NCBI GenBank assembly: GCA_020847275.1
Contig: JADLCI010000001.1
Coordinates: 2,540 to 66,539, forward strand
From: Candidatus Nomurabacteria bacterium
GTDB taxonomy: Bacteria > Patescibacteriota > Minisyncoccia > Phycocordibacterales > JACOZG01
Reading direction: 5' to 3'
DNA length: 64,000 nt
This document shows, piece after piece, positions 26,887 through 37,025 of this stretch (position 1 is its first letter; each line of letters opens with the position of its first letter). The translations under genes were made by a program, and so were the position numbers. Below the pieces are notes generated by a model. It did no database searches and was not told where the DNA came from. It saw only the letters and a program-made list of their open reading frames with translations.

Positions 26887-27159
26887 TTATCTCGTAACCG
26901 TAATATAAATTAGACTGAGAATACCTTTAACCGAGAAAATGATGAAGAGACCGATCACCCCGTAGAGAACATGCTGTTGACCCTTCTTCCGTTCTTCTTC
27001 ATTCGCCGCCCCCATCACCATCTCGTAAACCCCATAGAGGAACATCCCGAGAGAGGCGGCGGCCAGCAACAAGATTAGCGGATCGACAATTGCTTTATTA
27101 ATCCGATCCAGAATCGGCAAATTGGTAGCCGCAGAAGCAGTCTTAACCAACCAATTCAT
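26887..27159 (-). CDS. VirB2/TrbC-like pilin-family small membrane protein (paralog 5)
   Basis: 90 aa; two hydrophobic helices separated by a charged loop (EEERKKGQQ). Confidence 0.5.
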   Translation of the reverse strand: MNWLVKTASAATNLPILDRINKAIVDPLILLLAAASLGMFLYGVYEMVMGAANEEERKKGQQHVLYGVIGLFIIFSVKGILSLIYITVTR

Positions 27160-27534
27160 TTAGAAGCCCTGAGGTGGAGGAACTGTAGGAATCTGGGTTG
27201 GACGATTGGCCCCGCCGAAGTTAAACGTCCCACCAAGCACATTGACCAAACCCCAGACCGAGACCATCACGAAGAGAGCGATAACACCGTAGATCATTGT
27301 GGAACGGCCAGCCGCCTTTTTCTCATCGTCACCACCAGCGGTAACATACTGAAGAACACCCCAAAGGAAATACACGACCCCCAGACCAATTATCAGCGGG
27401 ATGATGTAGTTATTGATTAAGCGAATAATCGTAGCAAAACCACCTTCAAGACTAGTCACACTCTGAGCCAGAGCAAACACCGGAAGAGCAAGGGTTAGAC
27501 CAGAAACAGAAACTTGCTTGAAAAACTTGTTCAT
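27160..27534 (-). CDS. VirB2/TrbC-like pilin-family protein (paralog 4, with signal peptide)
   Basis: 124 aa; signal peptide ...ALA-QS, TM1, loop GGDDEKKAAGRS, TM2 MIYGVIALFVMVSVWGLVNVLGGTFN. Confidence 0.55.
   Translation of the reverse strand: MNKFFKQVSVSGLTLALPVFALAQSVTSLEGGFATIIRLINNYIIPLIIGLGVVYFLWGVLQYVTAGGDDEKKAAGRSTMIYGVIALFVMVSVWGLVNVLGGTFNFGGANRPTQIPTVPPPQGF
27221..27298. repeat. gene-conversion tract shared by pilin paralogs 3 and 4 (copy 1)
   Basis: 61 bp identical to 27604-27664 (TTAAACGTCCCACCAAGCACATTGACCAAACCCCAGACCGAGACCATCACGAAGAGAGCGA), with partial identity continuing. Confidence 0.8.
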
Positions 27535-27557
27535 TTATTTTTATTAAACTATTAATA

Positions 27558-27842
27558 CTATCTGTCGGAAAGCGACGGCACGGGGAGAGAATTATTGTCG
27601 AGATTAAACGTCCCACCAAGCACATTGACCAAACCCCAGACCGAGACCATCACGAAGAGAGCGACAATTCCATAGATCATCATCTTCCTCCCCTCTTCTC
27701 GGTCGTCATCACTACCCGATTGCCTAACATATTTTAGCACGCCCATCAAAAAGTACGCAACCGCAACCGCCAAGAACAAGTAGGAAAGCGGATTAAGGAC
27801 CTTCGTAATCAATGTATTCACCAAATAAGCGAAATCTTTCAT
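27558..27842 (-). CDS. VirB2/TrbC-like pilin-family protein (paralog 3)
   Basis: 94 aa; same two-helix topology; TM2 is identical to paralog 4 over about 26 aa. Confidence 0.55.
   Translation of the reverse strand: MKDFAYLVNTLITKVLNPLSYLFLAVAVAYFLMGVLKYVRQSGSDDDREEGRKMMIYGIVALFVMVSVWGLVNVLGGTFNLDNNSLPVPSLSDR
27604..27680. repeat. gene-conversion tract (copy 2)
   Basis: See 27221-27298. Confidence 0.8.
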
Positions 27843-27850
27843 AAATTATT

Positions 27851-28186
27851 TTATCGTCCGACCTCTAAACTAGTAATCGTATTCTCAATAACACTGGAAA
27901 TCACGAACGCCCCAAGCACAATTGCTGCGCCAATCACAACCGTTAGAAGAGCGTTCTTGGCCTTCTTCAGACCATCCTCACTGCCACGAGCAGAGACAAA
28001 CAGGAAGCCGACGTAAACCACGGCTAGGACCAAAATTGGCATCCCCACCTGGATAATAATCTCCAGGATCTTATTCACCAAATCACTCAAACTGTTAACG
28101 TTAATCGGGTTGCTTATTAGACCGCCGGATCCAGTATTCCCTGTTTGCTGCTGTGCGTGAGCAACGAGTAATTTCCAAGTAGACAT
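27851..28186 (-). CDS. VirB2/TrbC-like pilin-family protein (paralog 2)
   Basis: 111 aa; two TM helices separated by the loop ARGSEDGLKKAKN. Confidence 0.5.
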   Translation of the reverse strand: MSTWKLLVAHAQQQTGNTGSGGLISNPINVNSLSDLVNKILEIIIQVGMPILVLAVVYVGFLFVSARGSEDGLKKAKNALLTVVIGAAIVLGAFVISSVIENTITSLEVGR

Positions 28187-28204
28187 TAGTTTAATCCTAA
28201 CATT

Positions 28205-28609
28205 TTAATTACCAAGTGGCACCACTCGTTCGATACTACTACGAAATTCAGGCTTAATTAAAGATTTCACGATTGTGGTAACAATCAACCAGGCCCCAAT
28301 GACTAAAACGAGCCCAATGACCGCCGCTTCAATAATCTCCTTACCTTCAGTCCGTTTCCCTTCTTTACCTGGATTACTGGCCATAATAATACCAGCGTAA
28401 ACAATTGCGATGGTGGCCACCGGCACAGCCAATGTAAAAACGAAATACTTAATAATCTTGTCGAGAAGAATGAAGAAATCTGCCGCACCACAATCGTCAC
28501 CAGCACAAGTGGGAACCAGCGGCGCTTGAGCGTATGCAAGAGTCGCCACTCCCAAGAAGCCAACTAGACAAAGGGAAACGACAAGGACTTTAATTGCTGA
28601 TGTTCTCAT
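28205..28609 (-). CDS. VirB2/TrbC-like pilin-family protein (paralog 1, with signal peptide)
   Basis: 134 aa; signal peptide ...LAYA-QA, TM1, loop NPGKEGKRTEGKE, TM2. Confidence 0.55.
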   Translation of the reverse strand: MRTSAIKVLVVSLCLVGFLGVATLAYAQAPLVPTCAGDDCGAADFFILLDKIIKYFVFTLAVPVATIAIVYAGIIMASNPGKEGKRTEGKEIIEAAVIGLVLVIGAWLIVTTIVKSLIKPEFRSSIERVVPLGN

Positions 28610-29924
28610 CTCGGCGTGGTAACAAATTTTCTAATTCTATATCGGCATTACTAATTGCCCGATCGGCATCGACCTGGCCAAGTGCAATTGACTCTGCTAG
28701 ACGACGAAAAATTGCCTGCGTCTTGCTTGGATCTGGATCTAGCCAGTCACGAGCAAGAATTGCGGCCTGATAGAGCACGGCCAGATTGGGATCCGACGGT
28801 GCTTTGGTAAGCAAATCATTGCGCGCTGGTGGTAAGCCAACCGCACCCGCAATCATCGCGCCAAACTTACTGCCGGCGAGTATGGTGGAAACAAGATAGG
28901 CCGTCGTCGGATTCTTAGCGCCAAGGGGAATACCGAGAAAATAAAACCGCCCGAGCGTAACTTGCTTTGCGCCCACGTCACGCTGCGGCGGCAGTGTTAG
29001 ATAAAAATTGAGTTGCGGATTCTGTACCGCCAGGCGTGAAAGCTCGCTTCCGAAACCAAAGTAGAGAGCAAGGCGACCGCGAAGAAATGCCTCGAGTGCT
29101 TCCGGCTGGGAGCTATTCCAAGCATAAAGGGTATTAGTCGGATCAGTAAAACGAAGAAAAAAGGCAACCGCTTCGCCGGCCGGCGCCTTATTGAAACCAA
29201 GCGAATCTTTTAGCGTTACGGTCGGGAAACCATTGCTACGGGCGACGATTGGATTGCCGGCTTGGATGAAAAGTAGCGAGAGCAATTCCTTGGCATGTGT
29301 AATATTACTAAAAGAACCTATCGCCATCGCTGCCTGATTAATATTTCCCCGACCATCAGCTTGTGTGAGTAATTTAATCGCCGGTGCTAAATCCTTCCAT
29401 AAACGAGGGACCAGTGGCAGCTTAGCGTTAGTCAGCAAATCTTGATTATAATAGAGAACCAGTGGGTCAACATAAATCGGTAGACCGATCACGCCGTTTG
29501 ATCCAAACATGAGTTCCCAATCTTTCAAACTAGTCCCCAATACAAAAGTGTCTTTAAAAGATTGTCGAGAAATTGAGGCATAGGGAATCGGCTGAAGTTT
29601 TGCTTCCTGTCGTAAAAGTTGATCCGAGGCAAGGGTAACCAAGTCTGGTCCGCGACCGAGGGCTAGAGCCTCCACCAAATCGTTCTCAATAGTTTCGGGA
29701 TTTTTCTCAACATATTGTAGGGTGAAATCACCGTCATGTTCACGACTAATCTGATTCAACATCTCCCCCAAACTATCTTCAGGAATTGTCCCCCACCACA
29801 CAACTAACCCCCCTGTTCCTCCTTCCGGCGCACGAAAACCCGGCAAAACACCAGCAAAGACAAGCACGCCAACAATGAGCGCGACGATAAAAGCTCCGAC
29901 AATTGTCATCTGAAAGCCGTTCAT
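28590..29924 (-). CDS. membrane-anchored extracellular solute-binding protein (ABC-type, family 1-like)
   Basis: 444 aa; N-terminal TM anchor and a periplasmic-binding-protein-like bilobed domain typical of sugar-type SBPs. Confidence 0.55.
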   Translation of the reverse strand: MNGFQMTIVGAFIVALIVGVLVFAGVLPGFRAPEGGTGGLVVWWGTIPEDSLGEMLNQISREHDGDFTLQYVEKNPETIENDLVEALALGRGPDLVTLASDQLLRQEAKLQPIPYASISRQSFKDTFVLGTSLKDWELMFGSNGVIGLPIYVDPLVLYYNQDLLTNAKLPLVPRLWKDLAPAIKLLTQADGRGNINQAAMAIGSFSNITHAKELLSLLFIQAGNPIVARSNGFPTVTLKDSLGFNKAPAGEAVAFFLRFTDPTNTLYAWNSSQPEALEAFLRGRLALYFGFGSELSRLAVQNPQLNFYLTLPPQRDVGAKQVTLGRFYFLGIPLGAKNPTTAYLVSTILAGSKFGAMIAGAVGLPPARNDLLTKAPSDPNLAVLYQAAILARDWLDPDPSKTQAIFRRLAESIALGQVDADRAISNADIELENLLPRRDENISN

Positions 29925-30487
29925 GGTTGTCTAGAATTTTTCTGGAACATTAGACCATAATGATGCTCCCCGGCCGGAAAATCGTTTAGAAAAGTCATTT
30001 CTGCTTGTGCGCCAATCTCCTTAACCTCTTCTGGGTGAACTACTCTATCCTCCGCGGGACCGAGATTCCCAAAGGAGCCTGACCACTCTACCACAGCTAG
30101 ACGACCCCCAGCTCTCAAGACCCGTTTCGCCTCTAATATCATCGTATATTTTGCATCAGACTGAAAGAGGATGTTGGCCAGTAGAACAAGATCGGCAACG
30201 CCGTCGCGAAGACCCGTACCGCCAATCTTATCGACATCGCCATGAACAATCTTGAGGTTGTTGATTCGCTGAGTCTTGACCTCCCTAGCTAACCGTTCAA
30301 GCAAAACCTGCTGAACTTCCACAGCATAAACCAACCCCGTAACACCAACCTGACGAGCCATTGCCAAACTATAAGCCCCAGACCCAGACCCAAAGTCCAC
30401 GGCCCGATTACCCTCTACTAAACCAAGTCTCTTCACATTCTCAATTGGATCGGAGAACATGGAGAAATTATAACACAGACTAATCAC
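29921..30487 (-). CDS. class I SAM-dependent methyltransferase
   Basis: 188 aa (possible internal start at 30460); motif I VDFGSGSGAYS, acidic motif II and LVLLANIL. Confidence 0.7.
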   Translation of the reverse strand: MISLCYNFSMFSDPIENVKRLGLVEGNRAVDFGSGSGAYSLAMARQVGVTGLVYAVEVQQVLLERLAREVKTQRINNLKIVHGDVDKIGGTGLRDGVADLVLLANILFQSDAKYTMILEAKRVLRAGGRLAVVEWSGSFGNLGPAEDRVVHPEEVKEIGAQAEMTFLNDFPAGEHHYGLMFQKNSRQP

Positions 30488-30494
30488 GAAAACC

Positions 30495-32936
30495 CTACAA
30501 AAACGCCAGCGAAGCTAAATGATCCTTCTCTCGAAGTTTCATAATGCGCACTCCTTGTGTTTGACGGCCAAGTGTCGAGATCTCCCCGAGCGCTGTACGA
30601 ATTACTTGCCCTTGTTTACTCATTGCCACAATTTCGCTTTCTTCTGGATAGATTACTTTTCCCGCCACAAGTTTACCTGTTTTCGCTGTTAACTGGGCTG
30701 TTTTGATACCAGAACCTCCACGCCTTTGAGTTTTATATTCAGATAGTTTTGTTTTTTTGCCATAACCATTTTCGGTCATCACGAGAAAGGTGCTATCGCG
30801 ATGTGAAGACTTAATCACACTTGCGCCAACAACCTCATCATTCTTTTTCAGTTTAATCCCCCTCACACCGCCAGCCGCCCGGCCCATCTCGCGAATATCT
30901 TTCTCAGTAAAACGAATCGACTGCCCAGCGGAGGAAGCCACGATCACCTCATCACCAGTTTCCACCAACAGGACGGAGAGCAATGCGTCTCCTGGACTTA
31001 GCTTGATGGCCATAATACCACTGCGTCGCACATCCGAGAAACTCTCACCGGAAACCTTTTTTGCCACGCCATTCTTGGTCAGCATTATTAAACCCGCCTT
31101 CTTCCCCTTCTGTCCCTTGGGAATAGACAGAACGGAAGTAATCTTCTCGTCATCAGCGAGTGGCAAGAAATTCATCACCGACTTACCACGAGTCGCCCTT
31201 TTACCTTCTGGTAAATCATACATTTTCAATTGATAGGCCTTGCCACGATTGGTAAAGAAAAGCATGTCGCTATGGGTATTGGCAGAAAGTAAAATTGTCA
31301 CAAAATCCTCCTCCTTCACATTCAGATCTACAACTCCCACTCCACCACGTCGCTGGGCCCGGTATTCGGAAGGATCGGTTCTTTTAATATAGCCGCCGGC
31401 CGTAACCACCAAAACATTTTCTTTCTCTGGCACAAGATCCTCGGTGTTAATCTCCCCCGCCGCATGTTTAATTACTTTAGTTTTGCGAGGTTTACCATAT
31501 TTCTGGATAATCTCAGTAAACTCTTGTTTAATCACCCCACGAATCTTCTCGTCACTAGCAAGAAGGGCCTTCAGTTCTTTGATCAACGCTTGCTTCTCCT
31601 TCAATTCTTCCAAAATTTTCTTAATTTCTAAACCAGCCAATCGCTGCAACTTCATCTCCAAGATAGCCACAGCCTGCCTGTCAGAGAACTTAAACTTACT
31701 TATCAAGTTCGTCTTTGCCACATCAGCGTCAGTCGACTTCTTGATTGTTGCAATAATCTCGTCAATGATATCAATGGCTTTCTTCAGGCCGAGCAGGATG
31801 TGTTCGCGCTCTTCAGCACGAATGAGATCAAACTTCGTCCGACGAGTTATAATCTCCCGCCGATGTTTGATAAACTCTTCTGCCACATCACGAAGCGAGA
31901 GCAAGCGCGGGACACCATCTACTAACGCCAACTGATTGTAGTGAAAAACTGTTTCTAACTCCGTGTTTTTATATAAAGCATTTACAATTTTCTGTGGGAA
32001 AGCACCGTTCTTCAAATCGATTACGATGCGCATATTATCAAGAGTAGTGGATTCATCGCGCATATCTCTAATCCCCTCAAGCTTCTTCTCCCGCACCAGA
32101 TCAGCAATCTTTACAATAAGATCCGCCTTGTTGACCTGATAAGGAATAGAGGTGATTACAATCTGAAAAGAGCCTGATTTGTGCTCGACGATCTCTGTCT
32201 CACCGCGCACCAGAACACCGCCACGACCAGTGGCGCTCGCATGAGCAATATCTTTTTCGTTGAAAATAAGTCCGCCCGTTGGAAAATCCGGACCCTTCAC
32301 AAATTTTAACAAGTCGTCAGTGGTCGCCTCGGGGTCATCTACCAAATGGGTGAGCGCCGACATAACCTCAACCAAATTGTGTGGCAAAATTTTGGTTGCC
32401 ATACCAACAGCAATCCCGACGGTACCGTTGATTAATAAATTAGGAATGACTGAGGGCATTACTGTCGGCTCAGTTCTTGTGCCATCGTAATTAGGCGCAA
32501 AGGTAACGGTGTCCTTATCGATGTCACGCAGTATTTCTGCTGTAAGCGGTGCCATTTTGATCTCGGTATAACGCATCGCCGCCGGTGGGTCGCCATCAAT
32601 GGAGCCGAAGTTACCCTGACCAACGGCCAGAGGATGGAGCATTGAAAAATCTTGAGCTAAACGAACCAGCGCATCGTAACAAGCGGTATCGCCGTGAGGA
32701 TGGTATTTGCCGAGCACATCGCCGACAACCAAAGCCGACTTGCGAAATTTCGCCGCTGCACCTAGACCCAGCTCGTTCATCGAATGGAGAATCCGTCGGT
32801 GAACTGGTTTCAGTCCATCACGCACATCGGGAAGCGCGCGCGCGACAATTACACTCATCGCGTAATCAATGTACGAATCTTTCATCTCGCGGACAATGTC
32901 CACGCCGACTATTTTGTTAGTATCAGAGTTTTCCAT
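30495..32936 (-). CDS. gyrA: DNA gyrase subunit A
   Basis: 813 aa; catalytic-Tyr region (AAAMRYTE), the GyrA box and a C-terminal beta-pinwheel. Confidence 0.95.
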   Translation of the reverse strand: MENSDTNKIVGVDIVREMKDSYIDYAMSVIVARALPDVRDGLKPVHRRILHSMNELGLGAAAKFRKSALVVGDVLGKYHPHGDTACYDALVRLAQDFSMLHPLAVGQGNFGSIDGDPPAAMRYTEIKMAPLTAEILRDIDKDTVTFAPNYDGTRTEPTVMPSVIPNLLINGTVGIAVGMATKILPHNLVEVMSALTHLVDDPEATTDDLLKFVKGPDFPTGGLIFNEKDIAHASATGRGGVLVRGETEIVEHKSGSFQIVITSIPYQVNKADLIVKIADLVREKKLEGIRDMRDESTTLDNMRIVIDLKNGAFPQKIVNALYKNTELETVFHYNQLALVDGVPRLLSLRDVAEEFIKHRREIITRRTKFDLIRAEEREHILLGLKKAIDIIDEIIATIKKSTDADVAKTNLISKFKFSDRQAVAILEMKLQRLAGLEIKKILEELKEKQALIKELKALLASDEKIRGVIKQEFTEIIQKYGKPRKTKVIKHAAGEINTEDLVPEKENVLVVTAGGYIKRTDPSEYRAQRRGGVGVVDLNVKEEDFVTILLSANTHSDMLFFTNRGKAYQLKMYDLPEGKRATRGKSVMNFLPLADDEKITSVLSIPKGQKGKKAGLIMLTKNGVAKKVSGESFSDVRRSGIMAIKLSPGDALLSVLLVETGDEVIVASSAGQSIRFTEKDIREMGRAAGGVRGIKLKKNDEVVGASVIKSSHRDSTFLVMTENGYGKKTKLSEYKTQRRGGSGIKTAQLTAKTGKLVAGKVIYPEESEIVAMSKQGQVIRTALGEISTLGRQTQGVRIMKLREKDHLASLAFL

Positions 32937-33154
32937 CCCGTTATTATTTTCAATTTAGCATCTGCCAGCCAATTTGTCTCGCTCGCCGGTTCCAACACCG
33001 GTGAGAATACCGGCCGAGCAGACAGGCGCCAGGCAAGCAACCAGAGTAGGATGATGAGGATTGTGAGCAGACTGGTACTCCACCATAGAATCCTCTTCCG
33101 TTTTGCCTCTGGCTCACGCCTCAACCCTTCTAGTTTCTGCCACCAATTTGTCAT
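32909..33154 (-). CDS. small hypothetical membrane protein
   Basis: 81 aa; basic N-terminus and one TM helix ([14 protein letters not shown]). Confidence 0.35.
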   Translation of the reverse strand: MTNWWQKLEGLRREPEAKRKRILWWSTSLLTILIILLWLLAWRLSARPVFSPVLEPASETNWLADAKLKIITGWKTLILTK

Positions 33155-33156
33155 TT

Positions 33157-33765
33157 TCAGAAAGACTTAATGACAACGACTTCGCCTTCCTTATCCACCA
33201 AATCTTTCCTCTTCATCGTCCAACTATCAATCGGCTCGACCGTTTCACCCATATCCTTAAGGAAGGCCGCTAAACCTTTTGCGTCAAAGTTAACCGGAAC
33301 AACCACCCGTGGTTCAAGCAGGGTGGCAAGCTTGTTGGCTCCTTTTGGACCCAGCAGGTCATCACTAATGGGAAGAAAAATAACATCAATCTTGCCGAGT
33401 GTTTCCACAACCGAATCTGGAAGTTCGGGCTTCGCAAGCGCCCCAAGATGTGCGAGACGGACACCATCGAGAACAAGGAGATAGGCTACATTAATCTTCT
33501 CACTTGGACCAGAAGTGGAAAAACCTTGAACAAAGTCACCGGCAATCTCATATTCACCCGGACTATCGATGACAAACGGCACCCGGTCACCACGCGAAAC
33601 TTGCTCTACACCGTTATAAGCCGAGTCACGCAATGAGACAAGTGCTAAATCCGCACCAAATTTTGTAGGTTCAATGTCAGCTCCTTTACCAATGGGATTG
33701 AAAACAATCACCCGATCACCGAGCTGAACCTTCACCATCCCTAAGCCGAAATGACTAATAACCAT
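33157..33765 (-). CDS. MBL-fold metal-dependent hydrolase family protein
   Basis: 202 aa; beta-lactamase-like fold signature (AYLLVLDGVRLAHLG, DVIFLPIS). Confidence 0.55.
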   Translation of the reverse strand: MVISHFGLGMVKVQLGDRVIVFNPIGKGADIEPTKFGADLALVSLRDSAYNGVEQVSRGDRVPFVIDSPGEYEIAGDFVQGFSTSGPSEKINVAYLLVLDGVRLAHLGALAKPELPDSVVETLGKIDVIFLPISDDLLGPKGANKLATLLEPRVVVPVNFDAKGLAAFLKDMGETVEPIDSWTMKRKDLVDKEGEVVVIKSF

Positions 33766-33781
33766 GGCATTTAATTATAGC

Positions 33782-33810
33782 AAAAAACTGGCTTGAAAGC
33801 CAGTTTTTTA
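33782..33810. terminator. bidirectional intrinsic terminator
   Basis: AAAAAA-CTGGCTTGAAAGCCAG-TTTTTTT. Confidence 0.7.
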
Positions 33811-33830
33811 GTCGAGTAAATCAGCTAAAC

Positions 33831-34283
33831 TTAAATGTGGATGCAAGTGCCAAAGAAGCCGAAGGAATGGGCCAAACCGATGGTCATGTAAGTATAACCA
33901 GCTGGACAATTTGGCAAACTTACACCCTGACAATCCATCACGCCAGATAAAGCACCGGAGAAACCACACCACTCACCGCGAAGATTAGTCTTACAGTTAC
34001 CAGCATCTTCACCCACACAGAGACGGCTCACGGCATGGAGCGTGCCATCAACACGAACATCTCCTCGAACAACCTGAGCATTTGCGCCCGAACCACCAGT
34101 GGTCAAACTAAGCGAAGGCGTTGTCGCGGGAGTGCCGACAGTGGCACCGTTAGGAGTGTTAATTTCATCAATAACATCCTTCGCGATACCGGACAAACTC
34201 TTAGGCACCAGAGCATCTGCGACCATAATACTCGAGAGAACAAGTGTTATAGCGGCCATGACTACTGCAAAATATTTAAACAT
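33831..34283 (-). CDS. hypothetical secreted cysteine-containing protein
   Basis: 150 aa; signal peptide, a Thr/Gly-rich linker, and a C-terminal domain with 6 Cys. Confidence 0.45.
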   Translation of the reverse strand: MFKYFAVVMAAITLVLSSIMVADALVPKSLSGIAKDVIDEINTPNGATVGTPATTPSLSLTTGGSGANAQVVRGDVRVDGTLHAVSRLCVGEDAGNCKTNLRGEWCGFSGALSGVMDCQGVSLPNCPAGYTYMTIGLAHSFGFFGTCIHI

Positions 34284-34371
34284 AGAAAATTAGCTAATTG
34301 GTTAATAATCTTTTTCTGCTAACCATTATACAGCTAGGACTTGATAAATAAAAGTAAATCTATATAATGCT

Positions 34372-35472
34372 GTGGATATGTTAAAGGAAGAGAAAAAGGA
34401 AGCAGTCATCCTAACAGTGATGGATGAGATCTTGCGCGACACCATCGAGAAGCCTCGCGAGCAGTCTATTGTGACCGGAACGGTTATCGGTAAGGCAAAA
34501 ATGGCCGTCTATGTGGATATTCCACCCTTTGGAACAGGGCTAATCTTCGGACGGGAATACTTAAATGCTAGGGATCTGCTGAAAGAAATCAGTATCGGGG
34601 ACACGATCAGCGCCAAGGTTGTGACGTCAGAAGGTGAGGACGGCTACATGGAGCTGTCGCTGAAAGAAGCCAAGCAAGCATTGATCTGGGCCGAGGCCAA
34701 ACGGGCGATTGAAGAAAATACGCTCTTTGAGGTGCTCGTTAAGAATGCCAACAAAGGTGGTTTAACCCTAGCTTGGCAAGGATTGGATGGTTTCATCCCC
34801 GCCTCCCAACTAAAACCAGAACATTACCCGAAAGTGGTTGACGGAGATAAAAACAAAATAATGGAAGAACTGAAAAAGCTCGTCGGAGAGAAGCTCCCAG
34901 TCTATCTGATCGGAGCAGACCCGAAAGAGGGCAAGCTCATTTTTTCAGAAAAAGCTGTTTCTAGTAAGAGCCGTCGCGACATTGTCTCGAAATATAGCCT
35001 CGGCGATGTGGTTTCCGGTGAAGTAACCGGCGTAGTAGACTTCGGTATCTTCGTGAAGATTGAGGAAGGCTTCGAAGGTTTGGTACACATTTCAGAATTA
35101 GATTGGTCGCTAGTAGAAAATCCTCGTGACCACTTCAAGGTTGGCGATAAGCTGAAGGCAAAAATCATTGAGATAAAAGATGATAAAATTTCACTTTCCA
35201 TCAAAGCGCTGAAACCAAATCCCTGGCAAGCGGCAGAGAAAAAATACAACAAAGAGGAGCGGGTAACCGGGGTCGTAATCAAACACAATAAACACGGCGC
35301 GCTTGTTTCCATCGAGGAAGGTGTAGCTGGCCTGGTTCATATCTCCGAATTTGCGAATGAAGATGACCTAAAAAAGAAGCTGGAGCTTGGCAAGACCTAT
35401 CCTTTCACCATCAACGTTTTCGAACCCAAAAACCACAAGATGACACTCTCGTTCGGACACAAGGAAAAGTAA
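34372..35472 (+). CDS. rpsA: 30S ribosomal protein S1-like (four S1 domains)
   Basis: 366 aa; repeated S1 OB-fold motifs (G.V.G.V..I...G.FV...). Confidence 0.8.
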   Translation: MDMLKEEKKEAVILTVMDEILRDTIEKPREQSIVTGTVIGKAKMAVYVDIPPFGTGLIFGREYLNARDLLKEISIGDTISAKVVTSEGEDGYMELSLKEAKQALIWAEAKRAIEENTLFEVLVKNANKGGLTLAWQGLDGFIPASQLKPEHYPKVVDGDKNKIMEELKKLVGEKLPVYLIGADPKEGKLIFSEKAVSSKSRRDIVSKYSLGDVVSGEVTGVVDFGIFVKIEEGFEGLVHISELDWSLVENPRDHFKVGDKLKAKIIEIKDDKISLSIKALKPNPWQAAEKKYNKEERVTGVVIKHNKHGALVSIEEGVAGLVHISEFANEDDLKKKLELGKTYPFTINVFEPKNHKMTLSFGHKEK

Positions 35473-35504
35473 GAGAAACTGGGGAGAAAAAAGTTGGTCA
35501 GAGA

Positions 35505-35535
35505 GAAACCCCCCAAGTAAAACTTGGGGGGTTTA
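35505..35535. terminator. intrinsic terminator
   Basis: AAACCCCCCAAG-TAAAA-CTTGGGGGGTTT. Confidence 0.6.
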
Positions 35536-35557
35536 ATGGCCGACCACTGCGACTAAT

Positions 35558-35782
35558 TCAACACGGGGGAAGGAAAAGTGGTCCCGAAGATTCGCCATCC
35601 ATGTGTTTAGAAACAGGACAGGCCAACAGGGAAATGGCCACTACCAAGAGATCCAGAACAAATAAGATCGCGTACCAGAGGGTCCAGGAACCCCCATTAA
35701 CATTCCTTAGTATCGCAAAAACACTCAGGAACCAACAAACTAGGCTGATAGCACACATCTGCTTACAGGTAGGCATCTTCAT
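35558..35782 (-). CDS. small hypothetical membrane protein
   Basis: 74 aa; SD GAGGAGAG 6 nt upstream of the ATG; two TM helices. Confidence 0.4.
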   Translation of the reverse strand: MKMPTCKQMCAISLVCWFLSVFAILRNVNGGSWTLWYAILFVLDLLVVAISLLACPVSKHMDGESSGPLFLPPC

Positions 35783-35885
35783 TTTCTCTCCTCAAAAGAA
35801 CTAGATCCAGTATCATTTCAGAAGCTACCACAATTATGACAAAGTCAACGCACAGATGTCAACATCAACGAAAAAACGGTTAGTT

Positions 35886-36431
35886 TTAGTTGAAAAGTGT
35901 CATTGCTTTTTCCTTCCCCTCTTCAACAATCAATTCAATTGCCGCCGCAACCTTTTTGCCTAAACCTTGGACTGTTTTGAGCTCCGCTGGTTTGAAGTTA
36001 CCAAGAATGTGCTTAAGAATTGGTTGTTTTTTACCAATTCCCAATCGAATTCTGACAAACTCCCTTGTCTTGATTTGTTTAATAATAGAATCTAAACCAC
36101 GATGACCCCCAGAACCACGATTCCAACTAATTCTAAGAATGCCCGTCGGCAAATCTAGATCGTCATGAACAACAATCAGTTTTGCCGCCGATTTTTTGTT
36201 TTTTATCAAACCCACCAAACTTTTTCCAGAATTATTCATCATTGTTTCTGGCAACAGAAAGAGTAAACTTTTATCGCCAGATTTAAGAGCCTTCCATTTT
36301 TTATCCGTCTTCCAATCAGCCAATTCTAATATCTGTCGAACTCTTTCTAGCACGATTCGACCGGCATTATGTCGCGTGTTTTTATACTCCTCTCCTGGAT
36401 TACCCAGACCAACAATTAAGTGGGGCATCAT
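35886..36431 (-). CDS. pth: peptidyl-tRNA hydrolase
   Basis: 181 aa; LIVGLGNPG...Y..TRHN.G...D. Confidence 0.9.
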   Translation of the reverse strand: MMPHLIVGLGNPGEEYKNTRHNAGRIVLERVRQILELADWKTDKKWKALKSGDKSLLFLLPETMMNNSGKSLVGLIKNKKSAAKLIVVHDDLDLPTGILRISWNRGSGGHRGLDSIIKQIKTREFVRIRLGIGKKQPILKHILGNFKPAELKTVQGLGKKVAAAIELIVEEGKEKAMTLFN

Positions 36432-36483
36432 TGAATATTAACACAGTTGCAAGGACATTAAAAAGAGAGTAAAATAGCGCGAT

Positions 36484-37017
36484 ATGTGGCAGAAAATTCG
36501 GTCTGGAATCTGGGAAACAGTGAAGTTTATCTTCATCACCCTTGTTATTGTCATACCGATTCGTGCCTATGTGGCCCAACCATTCATTGTCAGTGGAGCC
36601 TCCATGGATCCAACCTTCCACAACAATGAATATCTGATTGTGGACGAACTATCTTACCATCTTCGCGAGCCAGTGCGTGGTGAAGTTGTTGTCTTCCAAT
36701 ATCCGAAAGCGCCACAGACTCATTTCATTAAAAGGATAATCGGTCTACCGGGAGAAACAATCGCCATTCATGGAAACGAAGTAACGATTAACGGCGTCAA
36801 GCTGAATGAAGATTATATTAAAAAGCCATTTGATTCGGAATTACCACCGACAAAACTTTTTGATAATGAATATTTTGTAATGGGCGACAACCGATCGGTA
36901 AGTCTCGATTCACGCGCCTGGGGAACAGTAGAAAAACACTTTATGACCGGAAGAGCTTTTCTACGTCTATTCCCGTTGACGAAAATTTCCCTCCTCCCCG
37001 GTCAACAGAATTTCTAA
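36484..37017 (+). CDS. lepB: signal peptidase I
   Basis: 177 aa; TM, SGASMDPT (Ser box), the KRIIGLPGE Lys box, and GDNRSVSLDSR. Confidence 0.9.
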   Translation: MWQKIRSGIWETVKFIFITLVIVIPIRAYVAQPFIVSGASMDPTFHNNEYLIVDELSYHLREPVRGEVVVFQYPKAPQTHFIKRIIGLPGETIAIHGNEVTINGVKLNEDYIKKPFDSELPPTKLFDNEYFVMGDNRSVSLDSRAWGTVEKHFMTGRAFLRLFPLTKISLLPGQQNF

Positions 37018-37025
37018 AAAGGAAA

